This document shows positions 57,451 to 64,000 of a stretch of DNA of 64,000 nucleotides, piece by piece. The notes beneath the pieces are model-generated. The model made no database searches and was not told where the DNA came from. It saw only the letters and a program-made list of their open reading frames with translations. Position 1 is the stretch's first letter; the number at the start of each line of letters is the position of its first letter. The translations under genes were made by a program, and so were the position numbers. This DNA comes from Thermoplasmata archaeon (lineage in GTDB: Archaea > Thermoplasmatota > Thermoplasmata > Lutacidiplasmatales > UBA184), in contig JAKIVU010000004.1 in NCBI GenBank assembly GCA_022750375.1, forward strand, positions 25,076 to 89,075, given 5' to 3'.

Positions 57451-57927
57451 ATGACGCAGCTTCGATACTTGATCGTTGACGACTCACCTACTGTCCGGCT
57501 GACCATCAAACAGGCGCTGAGCCAGGAGAAGGTGCCCCCGGAAAACGTCTCCGAGGCCGGTACAGCGAGCGACGCGGTCGCCGCGTTCGACCGCACGAAC
57601 CCCGACGTCGTATTCCTGGACGTGACGCTGACGGAAGGCCCGGGCAACCCGGGAAACGACCAGTTCCTAGACCTCCTCAACCACCCCCGCGCGATGCCGA
57701 AGAGCGGCAACGACGTGGCGCGGTATCTGCGCGCCCGGAACCCGAGCGTGACGATCGTCGTCTGCACCGGCAATGCCCCCGACGACCCTCGCGTGCGGGA
57801 GCTGATCAAGGGCGGCGCGTTCCAGCTGCTGCAGAAGCCGGTCCACCTCGCCCAGATCCGCGAGGTGCTCCGGCAGGTGCGAGATGAGAAGGACGCCCCC
57901 GGGGCCGCGGCTTCCGCCCCCCCGTAA
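57451..57927 (+). CDS. single-domain response regulator (receiver) with an internal insertion
   Basis: DD (LIVDDSP), phospho-Asp context VVFLDVTL, Thr IVVCTG, Lys LLQKP. The Asp-to-Thr spacing is 49 residues, versus 28-30 in the neighbouring receivers. Confidence 0.85.
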   Translation: MTQLRYLIVDDSPTVRLTIKQALSQEKVPPENVSEAGTASDAVAAFDRTNPDVVFLDVTLTEGPGNPGNDQFLDLLNHPRAMPKSGNDVARYLRARNPSVTIVVCTGNAPDDPRVRELIKGGAFQLLQKPVHLAQIREVLRQVRDEKDAPGAAASAPP

Positions 57928-57945
57928 CGGACCGAGCGGCGGGCC

Positions 57946-59142
57946 TCAGCGCGCCGGGTAGCGCGTCGCGAGGGCGTTCGATACCTCGGGAAAATCCCGC
58001 GCGATCTCCGCGACCAGGGATTTCATGCGAGGGAGGTTGCCGGCCTCGCCCTGCATCTCGAGCGTGGCGCAGCGCCGGGAGAGCGCGAGGGCACCGAGTT
58101 GTGCGCAACTCGACTTGAGGCTGTGGGCGGCGCGGACGATCGCCGGGGCATCCCCGCGCGCCGCGGCGGCCTCCAGCGTCTGGACGAGGCGTCGCCCCTC
58201 CTCCAGGAACGCGGCGACGAGCGCGGGGAGGAACGTGGCGTCCGTGCCCGCGAGCTCTCGCAATTGAACCCACGTCGCCGCATCCAGGGGTTCGTTCGGG
58301 GCGGCGGAGCTTCGGGGTCCAGGATCACCGGGCCCCGAGGACGCACCGGGCGTGGGGCTTACCGTCCCCCGTCGTTCTCGCGAGACCGCACGGAGGAACA
58401 CCACCGTCCAAGACCGGCCCTCCGCGGGGAATTGTCGGACGACATACTCGAGCTGCGCCGGGCGCCCGTCCGGTCGGGCCACGGTCACCTCACCTGCACC
58501 GAACGGCGTCGCCGAAGAACCGTCCCGGTCGAGGCGGCCGCGCGCGTCGGTCCCGACCGACCCGCTGGCGATCCCCGTGAGCCACGGGGGCGTTTCGCTG
58601 GACCCACTGAGGGAGGACCCGGTGAGCTCCGTGAACGCGGCGTTCACCGTCGCGCCCCCACCGTCCATCAACGCTACCACTCCCTCGCCGAGACGACTCA
58701 GCTCTTCGAGAGAGGCGACGTCAGGGATCTGGTGCGCTTCGAGACGGGTCTCGATCTCTCGATGGAGGATCGCGACTCGGATCGCGTGCGCCAGCAACCC
58801 CCGCGGAAAGATCCCCTTCACGAGGTAGTCCTGCGCACCGGCCGCGATCGCGGCCCGAACGAGCGCGGGATTCTCCGAACCCGTGAGAACGACGACGGCC
58901 ACGGCGGGCGCGGCCTCGCGGATGCGCCGCAGGCCGTCGGTCCCCTGGCTATCGGGCAGCCCGAGGTCGAGCAGCACCACATCGACCGCACCGCGCCCGA
59001 GCTGCTCGAGGGCCGCCGCGATCCGACCCGCCCGTTCGCACCGGAACGTTCCCTCCGGTTCGTGTGTCAGCGCCCATTCGACCAACCGAGCGTCGCCCGG
59101 ATTATCGTCGACCACGAGCACGCGAACCGGGGTCGTCTCCAT
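57946..59142 (-). CDS. REC - PAS-like - HPt phosphotransfer protein
   Basis: Receiver motifs VLVVDDNPGD / VVLLDLGLPD / VVVLTGS / DYLVKG. The central about 130 aa are PAS-like. C-terminal HPt signature VRAAHSLKSSCAQLGALALSRRCATLE (His codon at 58123-58125). Confidence 0.8.
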   Translation of the reverse strand: METTPVRVLVVDDNPGDARLVEWALTHEPEGTFRCERAGRIAAALEQLGRGAVDVVLLDLGLPDSQGTDGLRRIREAAPAVAVVVLTGSENPALVRAAIAAGAQDYLVKGIFPRGLLAHAIRVAILHREIETRLEAHQIPDVASLEELSRLGEGVVALMDGGGATVNAAFTELTGSSLSGSSETPPWLTGIASGSVGTDARGRLDRDGSSATPFGAGEVTVARPDGRPAQLEYVVRQFPAEGRSWTVVFLRAVSRERRGTVSPTPGASSGPGDPGPRSSAAPNEPLDAATWVQLRELAGTDATFLPALVAAFLEEGRRLVQTLEAAAARGDAPAIVRAAHSLKSSCAQLGALALSRRCATLEMQGEAGNLPRMKSLVAEIARDFPEVSNALATRYPAR

Positions 59143-59170
59143 CGATGCTCCGAGGCGGGAGCCGGTTCCC

Positions 59171-59623
59171 CTAGCGCATGGGGAGTTCGACGGTGGTGAA
59201 CCAGAAGTTCTCGAGGGTTTTCACGACCTTGTGGAACTGCTCGAAATCGATTGGCTTGCGGACGTAACAGTTCGCGTGCTGGTCGTACGCCCGCGCGATA
59301 TCCTCCTCGGCCTGCGAGGAGGTCATCACCACGACAGGGATCCGGCGCAGGTCCGCGTCGGACTTCACCTCGCGCAGCACCTCGCGGCCGTCCTTTCGGG
59401 GCATGTTCAGGTCGAGGAACATGAGGTTCGGACGGGGGGCGTTCGCGTACTTCCCCTGACGTCGGAGGAACGCCATCGCCTCCACGCCGTCCCCGACCCA
59501 GTGGATCTCGTTCAGCAGCTTGCTATCCCGCATCACCTCCCGGACCAGACGGGCGTCAGCGGGATTGTCCTCGACCATCAGAATTTGGATGGCGCGGGTG
59601 TCTTCTCGTTCCGCGGGCGACAT
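59171..59623 (-). CDS. single-domain response regulator (receiver)
   Basis: ILMVEDNPAD / LMFLDLNMPRKDG / VVVMTSS / CYVRKP. ATG at 59623 preferred; a TTG at 59638 is an alternative. Confidence 0.9.
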   Translation of the reverse strand: MSPAEREDTRAIQILMVEDNPADARLVREVMRDSKLLNEIHWVGDGVEAMAFLRRQGKYANAPRPNLMFLDLNMPRKDGREVLREVKSDADLRRIPVVVMTSSQAEEDIARAYDQHANCYVRKPIDFEQFHKVVKTLENFWFTTVELPMR

Positions 59624-59756
59624 GTGTCGTCTCTCCAATGCGACCTCCGCCCGTATAATCGCTTGGCCGGGGTCAACGACCCCACCGGAGCACGGTGGCC
59701 GGCCGGTCGGACCGCGGGGCGCCCCTCCGAGCCTCGCCCGCCGGAACGACCCGACG

Positions 59757-61022
59757 TCAGACGAGTTCCTTCAGGCGCTCCTCGATCATCGTGAGCGCCT
59801 CGACCTTCGACTGCGCCTCGTTCGGGTCCGCTTCCTTCACCGGTTCGGCGGGCATCGCCTTGCGTTCCGCCGGAAGCGTGAAGAAGAACGTCGTCCCCTC
59901 CCCGGGGCGGCCCGTGCTCTCGACCCAGAGCTTCCCGCCGTGCCGCTCGACGACCTTCTTGCAGATCGCGAGGCCGATCCCGGTGCCGGGGTACTCCTCT
60001 CGGCTGTGGAGCCGCTGGAACAGGACGAAGATCCGCTCCTGGTACTCGGGAAGGATGCCGATCCCGTCGTCCTTCACCGAGAATCGCCAGTCGGGACCCC
60101 GCCGCTCGGCCGAGATCCAGATGTGAGGGTCCACCGCGGCGTGGAACTTGAGGGCGTTCCCGATCAGGTTCTGCAGGACCTGACCGAGCTGGACCGGGTC
60201 CCCCTCCACTTCGGGGAGCGGCCCGTGGACGACCTCGGCCTTCGCCTGGGTGATCGACTCTCGAAGATTGGAGAGGGCGAGGGTGAGCACGTGCTCCATC
60301 GCGACCCGTTGAGGGGCCTGCGAACGCGTGTCGAGCCGGGAATAGGACAGTAGCGCGTCGATCAACTCCCGCATCCTCGTCGCACCCTCCTGGGCGTATC
60401 GCATGAACTCGCGGGCGTCGTCGTCCAACTGCGCCCCGTACCGTTGTTGGAGGAGCTGCGTGTAACTGCCGACCATCCGGAGGGGTTCCTGAAGGTCGTG
60501 GGAGGCGATGTACGTGAACTGCTCGAGCTCTCGGTTCGAGCGGGCCAGCTGGGCGGCGCGCTGGGCGAGGGCTTCGACGAGCTTCTCCCGTTCGGAAAAA
60601 TCCCGAAGATAGAGGCCCGAGACCTTGTCTCCCATCATCCCCTCGACCACCCCGCTCTGCAGGACGACCTGGAGCGGTAGCACGCTCCGATCTTTCCGGA
60701 GGCCCCGGAACTCGGCGCTCGCGAGCGGGTCGCCGGGGGTGTGCGTCTCGACGAGCCGTCGTAGGCTCGCTCGAGAGGTCGCCTCGAACAGGTCGCCGAG
60801 CGGCCGACCGACCACTTCTTTTGCGGTGTAGCCGAGGAACCGCTCGATCGCGACATTGGCATAGAGAACGACCTGGTTCTCGTCGACCAGGATCAGGACG
60901 CCCAATGGCAGGTCGAGCAGCAGGCGCGCGCGCTCGCCCACGAGCGGCTCGCGACGCGGAGGCGTCCGGCTCAGAAATCCGCCGGTCAGCAGAGCCCAGT
61001 GGCCACGAGCCAAGGGTCGCAT
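59757..61022 (-). CDS. soluble PAS-domain sensor histidine kinase
   Basis: PAS (VLYANVAIERFLGYTAKEVVGRPLGDLF), H box FTYIASHDLQEPLR, N box VLQNLIGNALKF, G1 DDGIGI, G2 GTGIGLAICK. ATG at 61022 chosen; an in-frame GTG at 61118 is possible. Confidence 0.9.
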   Translation of the reverse strand: MRPLARGHWALLTGGFLSRTPPRREPLVGERARLLLDLPLGVLILVDENQVVLYANVAIERFLGYTAKEVVGRPLGDLFEATSRASLRRLVETHTPGDPLASAEFRGLRKDRSVLPLQVVLQSGVVEGMMGDKVSGLYLRDFSEREKLVEALAQRAAQLARSNRELEQFTYIASHDLQEPLRMVGSYTQLLQQRYGAQLDDDAREFMRYAQEGATRMRELIDALLSYSRLDTRSQAPQRVAMEHVLTLALSNLRESITQAKAEVVHGPLPEVEGDPVQLGQVLQNLIGNALKFHAAVDPHIWISAERRGPDWRFSVKDDGIGILPEYQERIFVLFQRLHSREEYPGTGIGLAICKKVVERHGGKLWVESTGRPGEGTTFFFTLPAERKAMPAEPVKEADPNEAQSKVEALTMIEERLKELV

Positions 61023-61170
61023 CAAGGCCCCCGCTGACCAAAGTGATGGTGTGGGACGGCGGCCCTTTCGGGTGGCCCGTCTCTCGAAGGCGACGGCGGC
61101 CCCCGGTCGGTCGCCCACCGCGAGTCCTCCCGCTTGACTCCCCGGCTCGGCGGAGTCTCTCCGCTCGTCG

Positions 61171-61968
61171 TCATGGGGGGACGGGACGCTCCCCGGTCGT
61201 CAGCGACAGTTCCTTCGGAGGGGGGGCGCCGAAACGGCGACGCGCCGAGTCGGGAGGGAAGAAGGCGATCAGGCTCATGAGCCCGGGAATCACCTCGAGG
61301 ACGGTTTTCGTGAGGATCAGTGCGTTGCTCGATGCGGGGAACACGGCATCGATCGCGAACCAGAGAAGGATCGCCGTACCGACCAGGCCGATCCGGAAGC
61401 GGGCGTTGGGGTCCCGGGTTCTCCGCAGTAGCGAGAGGTAGAGCACCGCCCCCACCACTTCCGGCACGAGGATCCCGAGGAGGGCCACCGCTTCCAGCCC
61501 CACGTTCGGACTGACCGAGTAGAGCAGCGTCGCCACCCCGTTCTGGACCGCCACTGCGTAGGGCACCTGTGAGAGCGTGTAGTACAAGGCGAGGACGTAG
61601 AAACCGGAATAGAACAACGTCAGTTCGAAGAGATGGTATCGGCCCGTGTAGACGTAGATGAGAAAGCCGACCAACCCCCACAGGAACGCGCAGTCGATGG
61701 CGACCAGGAGGAGACCCAGCGTGAGCGCCAGCGCGAACGGGAGGGCGTTCGCCACCGCGAGAGCGAGGGCGATCGCCTGGATCCCTACGTTCGCACCGAG
61801 GCCTCCCCACCAAATGGAGAATTGTGCGGTAGCCACCCGGGACTCGGACGAGACCGGTCGTTGATAGAGTCGATACCCGATGTAGAGATACACGACCGCG
61901 ACACCGAAGGCTACGACGATCGTCGCCGCCACCGTCGGCAGCGCCGAGGTCGAGACCAGACCGGTCAC
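61171..61968 (-). CDS. stand-alone seven-transmembrane protein (resembles the 7TM N-terminal module of some histidine kinases)
   Basis: 265 aa with seven hydrophobic segments by eye. Short basic loops (YRLYQRP, YVYTGR, LLRRTRDPNARF) recall the HisKA_7TM-type sensor module. It lies directly upstream of the soluble kinase. Confidence 0.7.
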   Translation of the reverse strand: MTGLVSTSALPTVAATIVVAFGVAVVYLYIGYRLYQRPVSSESRVATAQFSIWWGGLGANVGIQAIALALAVANALPFALALTLGLLLVAIDCAFLWGLVGFLIYVYTGRYHLFELTLFYSGFYVLALYYTLSQVPYAVAVQNGVATLLYSVSPNVGLEAVALLGILVPEVVGAVLYLSLLRRTRDPNARFRIGLVGTAILLWFAIDAVFPASSNALILTKTVLEVIPGLMSLIAFFPPDSARRRFGAPPPKELSLTTGERPVPP

Positions 61969-62258
61969 GGACTACGTCGCGATCGCTCCCGACCGCGCAA
62001 CGCCGCTCAGGCGACGACCCATCTTTCCGGCGGGCGGCGGGAGCTCATGCCCAGCCCTCGACCGTCACTCCTCGACGTGAGAGGCGCGGGCACGGGTTAA
62101 GTCACTATCGGGAGAGCGGCAGCCACCGGGGCGGGAAGCACGTCGAACACCGAACGGGCCGTCGCCAGTGCACGGGCTTCCGTCCAGAGGGACGGGAACG
62201 CGCGACCCTTCACCCGCGTCATCGGCTGATTCATATACGAGCGGCTCGATATGTCAAT

Positions 62259-62289
62259 CGTCAGACAAAGCTAGGGGTGTTGTCTGACG
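62259..62289. promoter_or_regulatory. perfect 10-bp inverted repeat (candidate RHH operator or 5' hairpin)
   Basis: CGTCAGACAA (62259-62268), an 11-nt spacer, then TTGTCTGACG (62280-62289), ending 3 nt before the ATG at 62293. A CATATA element at 62232-62237 could be the TATA box. Confidence 0.5.
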
Positions 62290-62292
62290 GAC

Positions 62293-62658
62293 ATGGTCGA
62301 CACGTCGGAGCGGGTAACGGTTCGGATCCCGCAAGAACTTCTCGAGAAGTTGAAGCAGATCCAACAGTCGAAGGAGACTCCGACGATCTCCGACACGATC
62401 CGAGACGGGCTCGAGCAGTACATCGAGCTGAACCTCCCGCCCCAGAACGTGCGGAAGGTGGTGGTCGAGCTTTCGCGGCAGGACAATAACCGGCTCGAGG
62501 AGTTCGTCCGCGAAGGGAACTCGGTCAGCGTCGATGACGCGGTCCGATCCGCGGTGCGCGAGTACATTCGCGGTCGACTGGAACAGCTCGGCCCATCGAC
62601 GCGTTCCCATCGCCGGGAGGGGGAATCGGTCGCCGCCGAGGGCTCCCCTCCGCCCTAG
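62293..62658 (+). CDS. ribbon-helix-helix (CopG/Arc-like) protein with two RHH-like units
   Basis: RVTVRIPQELLEKLKQI... and KVVVELSRQDNNRLEEFVREG...AVRSAVREYI each fit the beta-strand-helix-helix pattern. 121 aa. Confidence 0.7.
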   Translation: MVDTSERVTVRIPQELLEKLKQIQQSKETPTISDTIRDGLEQYIELNLPPQNVRKVVVELSRQDNNRLEEFVREGNSVSVDDAVRSAVREYIRGRLEQLGPSTRSHRREGESVAAEGSPPP

Positions 62659-62673
62659 GCGGTCGGGGGACCG

Positions 62674-63705
62674 ATGTCGACCGATGTAAAACCGCCCGAG
62701 AATTGGGCGTCGCTCGCGCTCGCCCCGCCGTGCGCGGTCGTCGGTCTGGGGGGCGCGGGCAGCGAAGCCGTCCAGGACCTCGTCAATCTCGGCATCCCCG
62801 GAGTGCGTGCGTTCGCCGTGAACACCGACGCGAAGCACCTCCTCCGCATGGGGGTGGAGGAGCGGATCCTCATCGGGGCCCGAGAGCTGCGTGGTCGCGG
62901 CAGCGGAGGCGACCGTGCCTCCGTGCTGCGCGCCGCCGAGGACGGCAAGGAGGAGATCCTGCGCCGCCTCGCCCCGTTCGAGATCGTGTTCCTTCTCGCG
63001 GGCCTCGGAGGAGGCACGGGGAGCGCCCTCCTACCGTTCCTCGCGCGCGAGCTCCGCAAAACCGAAACGTTGCCCGTTCCGGTCGTATTCCTTCCGTTCC
63101 AGGTCGAGCTCGACACCAACCAGGGACGGCGCGAGAACGTCGAGGCGACCATCGCCGAGCTGGAGCAGATGGGGGGCCTCCTCCTCGCCCTCGCGAACGA
63201 GAAGCTCCGTCGGTTCGAGTCGCTCCCGATCCACCGTGTCTTCCACGTCCGGAACGCCTACCTGCATTCGCTCGTCACGAGCCTCGTCGATATGGTCGAG
63301 AATCCGTCCCAACTGAACGTCGACCTCGCGAGCCTAAAGAATCACCTCCGAGAGGCCGGCCTCTCGACCCTCGTGGTCGGCGAGTATCACGTTTCGGAAC
63401 CGGAGCGCCTCGTGCAACAGGCGCTCTCCGACTCGCTCCTCGACTACCATCTCTCCGACTCGACGTCGGCGATCGTCCACCTGGATGGCGGAGCGAACCT
63501 GACGCTCCGTACCCTCGACCGGGTGTTGCGCGCGATGCGCCAGCGTCTCGGCGAACCCCAGCGGCTCGTCTTTGGGACGCGGGTGCGCCCCGAGCCGCGG
63601 GAAGTCGTGCGACTGACAGCGGTGATCGGGGGCCTCCGGCCGCGGAGCGTCCGGGACGCCCTCGTCGCGGGTCCCGCGCGCCCTCCGACGCTCGTCGCCC
63701 GTTAA
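62674..63705 (+). CDS. divergent FtsZ/tubulin-family GTPase
   Basis: VVGLGGAGSEAV, VNTDAKHL, GRGSGGD, GLGGGTGSA (signature deviates from GGGTG[ST]G), T7-like NVDLAS. 343 aa with no extended C-terminal linker or peptide. Confidence 0.85.
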   Translation: MSTDVKPPENWASLALAPPCAVVGLGGAGSEAVQDLVNLGIPGVRAFAVNTDAKHLLRMGVEERILIGARELRGRGSGGDRASVLRAAEDGKEEILRRLAPFEIVFLLAGLGGGTGSALLPFLARELRKTETLPVPVVFLPFQVELDTNQGRRENVEATIAELEQMGGLLLALANEKLRRFESLPIHRVFHVRNAYLHSLVTSLVDMVENPSQLNVDLASLKNHLREAGLSTLVVGEYHVSEPERLVQQALSDSLLDYHLSDSTSAIVHLDGGANLTLRTLDRVLRAMRQRLGEPQRLVFGTRVRPEPREVVRLTAVIGGLRPRSVRDALVAGPARPPTLVAR

Positions 63706-64000
63706 CTTCCCTGCGCGACCTCGCGGAGGTCGAGCGCGTTGTGGACGAGGTCGATCACCTGGGAGGTGCGTAAGGACCGTGGGCCCACCGACAGCCGCGG
63801 CACCCCCGAGTCCTGAAGAACGGCTGTCTCCGCTTCGGAGGGGTCGTACGGGTCGGACAGTACGGCACCAAAGTCCTCGGTGGACGACGCGTACTCTCCT
63901 ATCGGGGATCCCGCCTCCGTCACCCAGACGGTCCCGGGACGGGCGAGGAACGACCGGAGTTCGGTGTCCGGCTCTACCGAGGAGACCCGGAGGCCGGGAG
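63702..64000 (-). CDS. hypothetical protein, 5'-truncated by the window edge
   Basis: The frame stays open from 64000 to the stop at 63702-63704; the track's GTG at 63923 is internal. No family recognised. Confidence 0.4.
   Translation of the reverse strand, partial: PGLRVSSVEPDTELRSFLARPGTVWVTEAGSPIGEYASSTEDFGAVLSDPYDPSEAETAVLQDSGVPRLSVGPRSLRTSQVIDLVHNALDLREVAQGS

Noticed and set aside
61171-61968. Possibility that the 265-aa 7TM protein is a microbial rhodopsin. Its size is similar to bacteriorhodopsin, and Lys221 sits in the middle of the seventh helix (ALILTKTVLEV).
   Set aside because: There is no RYxDW-like helix-3 motif, no Asp four residues before the Lys, and no WxxYP-type helix-6 motif. 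The loop pattern fits the 7TM input module of histidine kinases better. I keep it only as something a structure prediction could re-examine.

Overview
This is a GC-rich archaeal chromosomal segment (by eye about two-thirds G+C; not computed), densely coding on both strands. Archaeal identity rests on EF-1alpha, aMBF1, membrane-bound LonB, Pelota, proteasome alpha subunit, the S13-S4-S11-RpoD(Rpo3) block, archaeal-type NMN adenylyltransferase, and archaetidylserine synthase/decarboxylase. Gene content resembles an uncultivated euryarchaeal (Thermoplasmatota-like) lineage, but I cannot confirm taxonomy without a database search. I call 73 protein-coding genes (one cut by the window edge), one VOC/glyoxalase locus interrupted by two in-frame TAG codons, and two tRNAs (Thr-CGU, Phe-GAA). 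I saw no rRNA, CRISPR array, transposase or integrase. Many longest-ORF entries in the supplied track are over-extended or are R/P/G-rich antisense shadows. I trimmed starts using family-typical N-termini and a recurrent 4-nt ATGA/GTGA stop-start overlap. The most unusual region is 55.4-62.0 kb. It holds a KaiC-like ATPase plus an atypical receiver, facing a four-gene operon (stand-alone 7TM protein, PAS histidine kinase, receiver, REC-PAS-HPt protein). Together these encode a full multistep phosphorelay with no recognisable output domain. Next to it is a ribbon-helix-helix gene preceded by a perfect 10-bp inverted repeat, followed by a divergent FtsZ-like GTPase. Other notable points: a thiolase-like/DUF35 pair apparently lacking the nucleophilic Cys, a leaderless-looking ACE-like M2 peptidase, an S13 with long Lys/Ala-rich tails, an OTCase with HDLP instead of HCLP, and lipid head-group genes appended to the tuf-rps10 unit. 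All family assignments come from motif recognition by eye, not from searches.
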